Shown: positions 24,376 to 35,300 of the stretch, piece by piece | How positions within the stretch are numbered: the first letter of the stretch is position 1 | How the letters are laid out: each line of letters starts with the position of its first letter | Translations under genes and position numbers: made by a program | The notes under the pieces: model-generated | Databases searched by the model: none | Told to the model about the DNA's origin: nothing | What the model saw: the letters and a program-made list of their open reading frames with translations, nothing else | Assembly: GCF_964355755.1 (NCBI RefSeq) | Contig: NC_092675.1 | Coordinates: forward strand, 26,012,912-26,076,911 | Direction: 5' to 3' | Source of the DNA: Antedon mediterranea | Taxonomy: Eukaryota > Animalia > Echinodermata | DNA length: 64,000 nt

Positions 24376-24563
24376 TATTCAATAAAACAACATCGATTTA
24401 GTCACCACTTCATTGGATTCAATAGCATTAATTCAATATTGTCTTACTCGAGGGTGACAACAAATGTCTTCAATCGATTCCCTTTTTTCTACAATGTTGC
24501 CACCCAAGGCTATATTGAATTTAATGAAGGTGTGGTAAACTAAATCGATGTTTTATTGTATAA
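24376..24563. repeat. Short imperfect inverted repeat (old MITE) just upstream of the DNase I start
   Basis: CAATAAAAC..CATCGATTTAG..CCACTTCATT pairs with AATGAAGGTGTGG..CTAAATCGATGTTTTATTG. Confidence 0.6.
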
Positions 24564-24668
24564 AAGTTGGCTGTTTCCCAGCAACATTGTTTCACTCTGC
24601 TCCGCCTGGCCGTGGTGTCCATTAAGTTAACAACTTCCGAACGGGATAGTCAGATATTCAATTTTATA

Positions 24669-27600
24669 ATGGCTGTAAGACCACAAATTCTTCTGGCTAC
24701 ATTCTGCCTCATAACTCTCACTCAAGTGTACTCAATAAAGATTGGGTCCTTCAATATTCAACTTTTCGGGCAATCTAAAGTTGCTAAAGATGACGTCGTA
24801 GATGTTTTGGTACAGGTATGCTTAAGTATTTTCTTTTTAGTTTTAAACAAAGACATATACATGGCTGCAGTCGCGTGCTTAAGTTAGTGTTTACCGACCA
24901 ACCGACCGACATATAGTGAGCTGTAGAGTCGCGTTGCACTCTACTAAAGATAAATTAAATAGAACAGAATGGTAAGATAAGTAAGACAAACATAATGTTC
25001 TACTTAAATACAAAGATTGCTTTAAAAAAGCTAAATCTAGCAATTATATTTGTTCTGTTCAATTTATGTAACCTCTTCAGCTAGTAGGCCTTCAATCTAA
25101 TGTATATAGATAAGAATTATAATCAGAATTCTGAACTCTGGTCATACCATAATTGAATGCATTTTGTATTCGTTTGTTTAAGATTTTAAACCGCTATGAC
25201 TTATTGCTTATCATGGAAATTCGTGATAAAGCCGGTACTGCAATAGTGGAACTATTGGATGCACTCAATAAGTAAGTATAGTGACGTAGTTAGAATGTAT
25301 ACATCAAAATAAATAAATGTAGAATAAAGCCAACAGAAATGGGTTTATTATTCTTTTAAACGAAACCATGTCTGCTAAACTGTAATAAACAATGTTTTTA
25401 CACAGCTGGTTTAAAAATAGGCGTTATTACAATAATTTTAATATATCAATAATTTATTTTGTAGTAAAATATTTATTTTGATTTGTATATAAATGTGACC
25501 CAAACAATTAATATTAAACATTGTAAAAACAGTTAGGCCTAAACAATGCATCACAGAGCTAATACTAATTTACATTCATCTGTCACTACTACTAAATTTA
25601 TATTAGTGTTTTGATCCAAAGTTTAGTGTTTTTACGACTATTAACACAGATGAACATGTTAATAAATGTTGATAAACTTACCTTAATTTCAGTGTTTCAT
25701 CAGAAAATTATAAGATGGTCATAAGTAGCAGGACTGGTAGATCAACATCAAAGGAACAATATACATTCTTTTATAAGTAAGTGATTCTACACTGAACATA
25801 CACAATTTATAATACTTATCTTTAAGAAGTAGTGCCAGAAAATGATTGTGATTTTAATTCCAACTATTTCGATACGATCTTTTATTTTCACGATTTGCAT
25901 TTTCTATAATTTGCCCAACAAAATTGGTTGTCCTCATCGTCAAATTGGTGATTGTATTTCGCCTCCCCTCTGGACGTCAAACAATTGATCATGAAAACGG
26001 CGATGATTTAATCAAGGTTTATCAAATGAGTGCTCTTTATAATAAGTTTTTTTCTGGAAAAATGCTTTAGGCCTAATTTTTTATATTTTTTTGATCTATT
26101 AAGGCCTGAACTTTTTGAGGTGACAGACCAATATGAATACGACGATGGTGATGAGGAATTAAAGGAAGATACATTTGAACGGGAACCTTTTATAGTTCGC
26201 TTCAGTTCTCCATCAACATGTAGGTTGTTTTTGTTTTCTCTTTTGTGGCGTACATACCACTTGTATTTACATTAGTATCATCATAGTCATGCCATCACCA
26301 CATATTATTTTCATTATATACATAGTATCACATTGTTTTTTTCTAATGTTTTTTTTGTATCAGTGATCAACTTCATCAGTGGTATAACATTTTAAATTTT
26401 GTAAATTCACTTTATATTACATATTACCTCTTTAAGTTAAGTTGTTACTAACAATATTATATTCTAATCAAAGGGCCTACACAATACATCTGTTTTTATA
26501 AGTAGGTTTGTTAATTATGGCTTGTTCCATGAAAGGTTTAATATAGGCCTACTTTGCACATTTATACTCAACAACAAAAAAAGTACAAAAATGCAACAGT
26601 GGAACAATTTAGTTAATAATTAATTATTGTCTTCTATTGTTTCAATTTTAATTGCTACTGCAGTGGTGAAAGATTTTGCAATGGTTGGTATACATACTAA
26701 ACCTGATGATGCCTTTAATGAAATTGACACTCTGGCTGACGTGTATGATGACATAACAGAGAAGTGGAACATCGAGGTAAAAGAACAGATTGTCTAACAA
26801 CTTTAATTAACTATGCACGTGGCATGCCAACATATATCGATTTTTGTATAAATAAGTAGTATTTATTTTCTGCTTTAAAATTCATCAATATTACTTTTAA
26901 CAGGATGTCATTATAGCTGGAGATTTCAATGCAGGTTGTTCGTATGTTAAAGATTGGACTGGTAATCGACTGAGACAAGATAGATTCAAGTGGCTGGTAA
27001 AAGATGATGCAGACACTAATGTTGCTCACAAGCAATGTCCATATGACAGGTAAGATTTCTAAGACTCTGTCTACACTATCAAACTTTATGTGACAACAAA
27101 TGTGATGTGCTCATATATTTTTTATTTTATTTTTATTAAACTTTGTTTAATTGTTTAATGAGCCGGAGCTGACATGCATGAGGTGATCAACACAAAAACG
27201 GGAACATAAATACAAAAAGACGAGAAAAAGGAAAACAAAAGGAGTGACCAACAAAAATATAAATAATATATATGGACATGATGATGTCATATCACTACCA
27301 TATTTAGGCATATCACTACCTTATTTGAACATATCACACTTTTTTGTCAAACTAAGTTTGATATTGTAAACATAGCTTAACAATAGGATAAAGGAATGAT
27401 GAATGAAATGTCAAATATCCCGATATCATCATCACCATCATCATCATCATCATTCCAGTAGAATTCATAATAAGGTGACACCTTTCTCATTAGTGTAAGT
27501 GTTAAAACACATATTTCCATTCTTTCCCCTGAATAGGGTGTGATGCAGTGATGTGTTGTCAGTGCTTCAGACAAGCAATTATTAAACCAGCACGGCATGA

Positions 27601-28487
27601 ACATGAGCTACATTTAAACAAACTATAATAACAAGAAACAGTGACGAGTACTTTGAATTAACCTTGCAATGGTTTTGTTTGCTATTTCACAATTTCACAG
27701 ATTTGTTATTGGTGGAACAGTCTTTTTGAAGGAGTGAAACCACAGTCAACACAAGTGTTTAATTTTAGTGCTAAATATGGGCTGGATGAAGAATTTGTAA
27801 GTATAGTATTTAAAAATGTAATTTTATTGGTAGGCTTATTGCATTTAATTGAAAATCGATATCACTGTTGTCGCTCCCAATTATGACTATTTAATATTAA
27901 TAAATTACTATTAATTATTAATACCAGATACAGGTATTCCCTGGTAGGGTCGAATTAATTCCGTCTTGTTTGAAGTTTTGATTTAAGTTAATTTGTTAGT
28001 TATTGAATCAATTGAATGTTTGCTACTTTAAACATTTATATAAAGTTCCATTGATTTCCAACAGTTAATATTATTGTAAATAATGACACAATGCTGATAC
28101 AGGTATATAGTTGGAAATTACTATAATATTGTACGGTTCACTAAAATAATTAAAAAGTGAATTGTTAGATATTAAATACAAAGAAACTAAATTATAGATT
28201 TATGTGCTGATTGAAAAAGGAAATGTTAATGGAATTTATGAAGAGGTCATAGTTAGACATCAACAGTGTTACTCACCATGCAAATATGAATGTTGAGAAT
28301 AAATGCAGGATACACTCAATAAAGAAAACAAATTACAAAATTATAACCATTGCAGATATATTTTTATATAGGCCCTAATAATATTTTTGTCTTCATATCA
28401 AATATTAACCTTGTTTCAATTTTGTAGACAAAGACAGTTAGCGACCACTATCCAATCGAATTCCAGCTTTTAGAGATTCAAAGGTAA
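24669..28487 (+). CDS. DNASE1: Deoxyribonuclease I family gene, frameshifted as written; exons 24669-24815, 25183-25271, 25693-25776, 26104-26219, 26664-26776, 26904-27049, 27701-27796, 28428-28487 (possible extra exon 29179-29239)
   Basis: Signal peptide followed by IGSFNIQLFGQSK, RYDLLLIMEIRD, GRSTSKEQY, DTFEREPF, GIHTKP, GDFNAGCSYV, CPYDR and SDHYPIE. All introns are GT-AG. Exon 7 is 1 nt short for phase continuity. The symbol denotes the family, not one-to-one orthology. Confidence 0.93.
24845..24948 (-). mobile_element. Short DINE-1/HINE-like element
   Basis: AGTCGCGTGC subTIR, (GACC)n tract and an AGTCGCGT-TGC-AC.. end. Same family as 29515 and 56496. Confidence 0.6.
27063..27377. mobile_element. 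Harbinger-like MITE with a ~150-bp internal insert
   Basis: TAA flanks; imperfect TIR CTCTGTCTACACTATCAAAC / GTTTGATATTGTAAACATAG; internal CATATCAC repeats. Confidence 0.6.
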
Positions 28488-28510
28488 ATATGTAGAATAT
28501 TATAGATTAA

Positions 28511-28730
28511 AGCCTGGTTTCCATTAAAATCGCTACACGCGCAGATGTCGCCGACGCAATCGGGAAGGCTCCCCGATTCATCGCAGTCAAATCGGCAAAG
28601 TTCAACCATGTTCAACTTTGCCGATTTTGTCGGCGATGAATCGTATACGCGTACTAGATCCCCGATAAACTCTAGCGTTTCCATAGAATCGCTACGCTCT
28701 GTCATGTAGCGATTTTATGGAAACCAGGCT
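28511..28730. mobile_element. Harbinger-type MITE
   Basis: TAA|AGCCTGGTTTCCAT...ATGGAAACCAGGCT|TAA. Confidence 0.88.
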
Positions 28731-28806
28731 TAACATTCTGTGTATTAATAACAAGTGACATTTGTTATTAAACATGTATGACCAATAAGGTTAATTATGA
28801 AGACGA

Positions 28807-29160
28807 TACCGTACAGTATATATTCTATTCTATACTCGCTTTAAAAAAAATTTCTCTCCCGAATAAATGCCCCCACCCATAGAACGTTTATTTTCTTGAA
28901 TAAACGTCCGCCACATGAATACGATATTGTATTATAACACATTTATGTTTTTTATGTTTATTAGTAGAATTCATCACTTTCATGATCTACAATACTACTG
29001 TATTTTATCAGTTCTTGATATAATAAATCTGTTGTTTTTTTTCGTATCCTGGGCAAATTGATTTGATTATGTTACCATATTAAAATAAACGCTTCCCTCG
29101 AATAAGCGTCCCCCACCCCGAGCAATAAACGCCTTGGGGCATTTATTCGTATGTAATATG
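28807..29160. repeat. Old dispersed MITE family, also at ~8117-8445, ~6945-7277 and ~40860-41041
   Basis: Shared blocks GAATAAACG..CCGCCACATG, ATTTGATTAT..GTTACCATATT and GGGGCATTTATTCG. Confidence 0.5.
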
Positions 29161-29514
29161 TTTCTGTTTTTATTTAAGCCCCGAAGTCCTACATAATGTA
29201 GAAGAAGAGATGACACGTTTAGTACTCGACGAATTGTAGATAGATTACTTGGATAGTACCAAGTGACCTAGGCCACTTATTGCACGTGAGAAATAAAACA
29301 TGGAACTCAGCAACAGATCCAATAGAAGCGTAAACAATGCAGTAATAATTAATGTGCATCACCTCAACAGTTATTCATAGATAGAGTGTGCAAAAAAAAA
29401 AAGACCATAGGAAGACCATAGATTAATGAACCAAATAAAAAAATATTTAAAAGGGAAAAATGTAGATATTAACACAATAACAAACCATTCTGCACTAAAC
29501 TGAACAAGGTCATT

Positions 29515-29715
29515 TACTGACCGACCGACCAACCGACCAACCGAAATTGCTGGAAATGTTTAAAACATTTATATTTTCCTCCAAGTAGTAATATCTACTG
29601 TCAAAATAACGAAAAAATATGAATATGAGGTAGTGTTTACCGATCAACCGAAGTTGCTGAAAATGCTAAAAAATGACATAGTGAGCTATAGAGTCGCGTT
29701 TGCACGCGACTAAAA
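29515..29715 (-). mobile_element. Short DINE-1/HINE-like element
   Basis: (GACC/AACC)n tract and terminal palindrome AGTCGCGT-TTGC-ACGCGACT-AAAAA. Confidence 0.6.
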
Positions 29716-30644
29716 ATGGAAACAAATCGTGGATCGTGTTTGAATGACGTAAAACATTTTTAAGAAAAAGAGAAACATCTAATTTCAATCCAAATTATAT
29801 ATATATAACTTTATTCACGATCTCAGATTAATACAAAGTACATACACAATTAATTGAAGTTGTAGTTACAAATTCATTAATTTTTTTCAGGCAAAATATA
29901 GTGAGGAACTATAACTAGACTAGTTATAGCAACATTTTAGGTGCGATGATCTTGTAACTCACCAACAATGAGAATATAATATTTGTCTCATCAATAAACA
30001 TGCGTTATGTTAATGCCTTTCCCATCCAAAAATAGTTTAAGTAGACATGTCACGTTTGTTTGCAGTTAAAGTATAGGGCCTAATATATTGTCGAGTATGT
30101 TTGCAGTTAAAGTATATGTTGTCAATTATGTTTGCAGTTAAATTAGTTTTCTTTATAATTAATGTATTAAGATTGTTGTAGTACGGTAGATTGTTATGCG
30201 GTGTGTACTGATGTGTTATTTAATATTGTACTCTATGGTATGGCCTAATAAATTATATTTCTTACGATTTTGTATGATGTGTTCATTATTAAAAAATATT
30301 TAATTTACCACGTAAGACATTCCTGGTACTGTATCTAGTTTTCTCCAGTATCATAGAAATTTAGTAATACATCATATGTATCTCCTAGCATTATACCATA
30401 ACCCTTGAACTTACAAAATACAGGCATCCCATATGATATCAATATGATAATATGATATCAATGAGATGCTGTATTTACAAGGAAGAGTGAATTCATTCTT
30501 CCCTGGTATTACCATATTCCTATGATAGGCCTAATGGGACAATATTATAGTACAGTATGTAGAGATACAGCACTGTATAAGTACAAAGAGGCTGGGTACC
30601 AGGTACAAAAAGTTATGCAATTATATTCGCTTAAATTGCCTTAT

Positions 30645-31154
30645 TAGAGAGGTTTCGCAATCTTACGAATACGATAACGAAAACGGACACGTCACGCACA
30701 CGTATTCGTTTTCGTAAGCCATAAACAAATCTGTTTCGGATGGCAACGAAATATCGAGGCGCGTCCAAAATATGACTGCGGTAAATTTGAGCGAAGCGCA
30801 GGTACGTGTTGCTTGGTGCTTGGCTGCCTAGGCCAAGCGTAACATCAAAGCGAGTGAGGACTTTAAAAACTGCTATTTATCTAAATTGACCTGGCATTTT
30901 AGTAAATTACTTTAGTAAATTACTTTCAATAAATCTATAATTATATTATAATCATGAATCATTCCTAATTCAATTGCAAAATGTGCAAAATAGATCAAAA
31001 ACTATACTCGTTTTGTAGTTACGAATATGACTGGTGATATTCGTCAACACGAATACGCTTTACGAATATGAAATGTGGATCAGCTCAAAAGTTTCACAAA
31101 TGTATGACGTATCCGTTTTCGTTATCGTATTCGTAAGGTTGCGAAACCTCCCTA
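30645..31154. mobile_element. Academ-like MITE
   Basis: ~48-bp TIR TAGAGAGGTTTCGCAA...TTGCGAAACCTCCCTA with TAG/CTA ends and 4-bp flanks TTAT/TTGT. The superfamily call rests on termini only. Confidence 0.7.
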
Positions 31155-31212
31155 TTGTTAAAGATTATACGACAAAAACACATTTGTAACCTTTGTGTGT
31201 TTTATACAATAC

Positions 31213-31332
31213 GGTTGTTATCGAAACTGTTTTCAATTCACTTCCTCATTCTGTTCAGCAGAGCAAAGATAAGTTAAACGATTTTACAAGTTTGTTGCTA
31301 AAACTAAATTCAGAAACTAATCGTAAGTATTC
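31213..31332 (+). promoter_or_regulatory. Putative promoter and non-coding first exon of receptor A (equivalents at ~41450-41549 for B and ~59035-59119 for C)
   Basis: Each paralog has an ETS-type AGGAAGT motif 70-90 bp upstream of an identical GTAAGTATTC donor. Each signal-peptide exon has an acceptor just before its ATG. Confidence 0.5.
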
Positions 31333-32399
31333 TTTATTCTTACATGGCATCTTTCATGGTGTATGCATTTTCTTGAGCAAAGAGCCGATCTCTTCTTCGT
31401 CAATTTAAGTTTCAATTGAGTTTATTCCCGAGTTTATTGTACAAAGATGGGTTCCAGGTTAGTATAGATTGGATCATGTTTGACACTGTCGGTTCCCAGT
31501 TCTAAATTTGTAATCGTAATCAGTACCCACCGACAAAGGTATGTTTTTATTAGTTGCCTAAACACTATTTAACGACGCAACGAATCATCAACGACTGTAT
31601 TAAACAAAATTGTATCACTTGAATTTTAAATTATACTAGGCGTACTGAATTATTACGACATTTCCAATGCTTCCAACTGGTCTATTTAAATTGTATATCA
31701 ACAGATAAAAAGAAAGCAGTCAGTCAGACAGACAAACAGACAATATTTATATTATTTTTCTATGAAAAATGGGTATCCATACTTTTCTTTTTCGTTTATT
31801 AGACCATATGCCTACTTCCACAAGTACACTGGGTTTAGGACCACATTGATTTCCTTCCGGACTCGAAGCTCCGTAAGTATTATTATTAGGTATTTCAGGA
31901 AGTTCGACAAAGTGTGCCTAGATAGAGGAAAGCTATGCAGTAATTTTTAAAACACACCTGCAGATGATAAGAGATCAAGTTAAGTTTTTAATATTAAATA
32001 GAATAGTAGGCCTATTATACATGTCTTGTAATTATAATATTTGTTTTAAAGTGTGGTGATCTATACGGAGGTCTTATATAAGATATTAAAAGAATGGTTA
32101 TATTTAGATGGTTAAAACAACCAGAACGAATAATTGTTTTACTGGGCGGTTGTCTTTATGGAGAGATTCTTATCATAAACTCTCAGTATTAGCACAACAT
32201 TCAGCACTTAATAAATGTTACATTGTTTGAACACAGTATCAAAACGCAATATGATAATACTCATTATTTAATTTATTTCACATGCAATTTTATATTTTTT
32301 TTACAGTATTGTTTTTATTTGTAATTAATAATTAATTAATCAATATCGAATGAGGTAACACATAAATAAGTTTTTATAACTTTTATAATTTAGAAAAGT

Positions 32400-35300
32400 A
32401 TGGTTGTCATAGTTGTAATCTTGCTTCAAGTTATAACTTCATGTCTGGGTAAGTTTTTAAATGTTTCCATGAAAAACTAGCATGCAATTATTCCTTTAGT
32501 TAATTAACTTGTCAAAGTTTAAAAATGCTGACCCCCTGCGTTTGGTAACCATTCTATGTGGAAAATAATTACTATGTCATAGTTTAAAATTAAATTTCTT
32601 TAGGAATTATTTGTGCACAGGCCAGTTATCTAAAATAATCTAAATTTAATATTTTCTGCCTTAATTTATCATCGCCGAAATGCATTTTAGGTATAAGAAA
32701 AGATCTCAAACCCATTTAAATATATTAATCTTCTATAAGTCACAAAATAAACTAATTCTATTTTTATCTTGGAATTTTCAAATGGCGCCCCTTTTAATTT
32801 TTATGTCATGATTTGATATCTTAAAACGTACAACTTACTGTTTTTAATTAAAAATGTAAATTATTGCTTACATGCATTTCAAACTTAGGCATACTTTTGC
32901 TGATTGAATACGAGTCTTAAATTATTTCGGTTAATTCACTCTTTTTTTCTGTATTGATGTGTCATTCTTGCCATTTTTAAATAGGGATGGATTCAGCACA
33001 ATTCACTGCTTTGTCCGACGTTTGTCATGCATAGTCTTAAAAATTTACCACTCCAGAGTTCGCTTCCATATATTGGTAGCAGGCCTTTTTCTTTAGTAAT
33101 TTTTTTAACATGATATCGTGTGAAAATGATTTGCTGCCTGCCTGCCTGAACGAATGATGAATTGCAACATTAATCAAATATGGTAAATCATATACGTCTT
33201 TTCTGCTCTAGGAAATGAAGAATATATAACAGTTCTGAATCAAAATCCACAAAGCAATGTTGACACGTATTATCAATGTTATACTCCTACTGGTTATACT
33301 GATTATATTTTGAGTTACGGGAGATCATTTTCAGTAGCGAATGATGAAAGTTTAGATGAAAAATCGTGGACCGACGTGCCGCGTGATAATCCGCGTAGAT
33401 ATGTTGTAGAAGATCCAGTAGGCATGGGAGTATACTATTGGAAGATAGTAAACAATGATGACACCACAGTGGTTCAAACTATTAAAATAAGAGACGATGG
33501 TAAGTAAGTAAGTAAGTAATATTGTATTGTTCCAAGAACAGTACAATTTATAAAACAGCATAAAATATGAATGAAAATAAATACATAGAGTAATACAACA
33601 AAGACTTGGAAAGAAAAAGAAAACATGGAAAGCAGGAGATAACCCTGGTATTTTGTTATTTATTTTATTTTATTTTCAATCTTTCAAAAATCAGAAACAA
33701 TTAACGGGCTGTCTAGGTAAAGCAAAAGTTTAAAAAACTGTCATCAAATTAGAAACTGAATAAACGTTTTATAAAGAAACGACTATAAAAAAAAAATAGT
33801 ATAGGCCTGAAAAGATTATTTGTATTTCTACTTACTGTTTGCTTAAACGTGTTAACGTTGGTGTAGCTTGTGATCTAGCCATTTTCACCAACCTCATTGT
33901 TTTTTTTCTTTTTAGTTTTAGTATTTCTGTATCTTAAAAAGCTTAATATTCATTGTATTTCATTGTTAGTGACGTGATTATTTTAAATAAATACGGAATT
34001 AAAATGTTTGTTAAAATATACTTAATTACGCAACTATTTGTATACATTAGAGATGACGTCACAATCAATTGGTTATTCCTATTTAACTGTTAGTAAACGT
34101 AAGTATTTTTTTTTATCAAAATGCTACGATAAATGTTCTTTTCTACAACCAACAGCCTTAATAACGCCTGGTAATTCTAAAAACACAGTAACTGTAAACG
34201 TTGGAGATGACGTCACAATTAGATTTAACACTCATTTGAACAGTAATTTAGCCTGGAATAAAGATGGCTTCAATAACATACAGGTTGGAACGGAAAAGAG
34301 CATGACCTTTGACCAGGTAGAGACCAGTAATGCTGGTGTTTACGAGATGTATGAGGATGGAAACCGTGATCATCGTAGACATGCGTTTATCAAGTTGATT
34401 GTACGAGGTAATATGTCATGCCATAAACGGTAATAACGATGATTGCTTTGTCAGTTGAGGCGCCGGTTATGAACTCCTGAATATAGGCCCCTATACATAA
34501 TTAACTCACCATCGGATATTTTACGGCGGTCGAAATGAACGTGACTGTGACGTAATGGTCTAGACCTAAAATGAAGAAAGAATCAATATTTCATGTATGT
34601 AGGCCTAATGTACATGAAATGTATGTATGTAATGTATACATAATACATTAACAAATACATTACATAATCAGTGACAACATGACGATGATAATATATGTTG
34701 TAACATGACTGACATTTTGTGACATTATGTTTTCGATTTTCTACTTGATTTTCCCCCCTTTTATAGCTTGTCCACATCAAAAATGGGGTCCACCTGACTG
34801 CACTGGTGAATGTGAATACTGCTATAATGGAGGTGTATGTGATGATAAAACAGGATTTTGTATCTGTGCACCTGGATTTAGTGGATCTACATGTGAAACA
34901 GGTGAGACTGTGCTAAATGAAGACCATCAATCAACAGCACAAACAAATAAATTTTATTGACACACAATTAGGCCTACCTTACGGTGCGTATTCCTAAATT
35001 TTAGATATAGATTTATTTGAATGATCTATCAGCTAGATAGATTGAACTAAATTGTATGCAAATTAACCAGCCCTGAAGAAAAGTAATGTACAATATTTAA
35101 TTTGTATATAGGTTTAGCGAATAACCATGATTTAAATGTGTGTGTATTGGTGTGCACGTGAGGATTTAGTAAATATTCAAAATAATTGTGTGTTAAATAT
35201 TATATAAATTGTATGTATTGTATGTTAAAAAAATAATTTAGTTTTTGCAGTTTCATTAAATGGCTTATACTATTGATTCCCACTCGTAAGTTCGGTGGTA

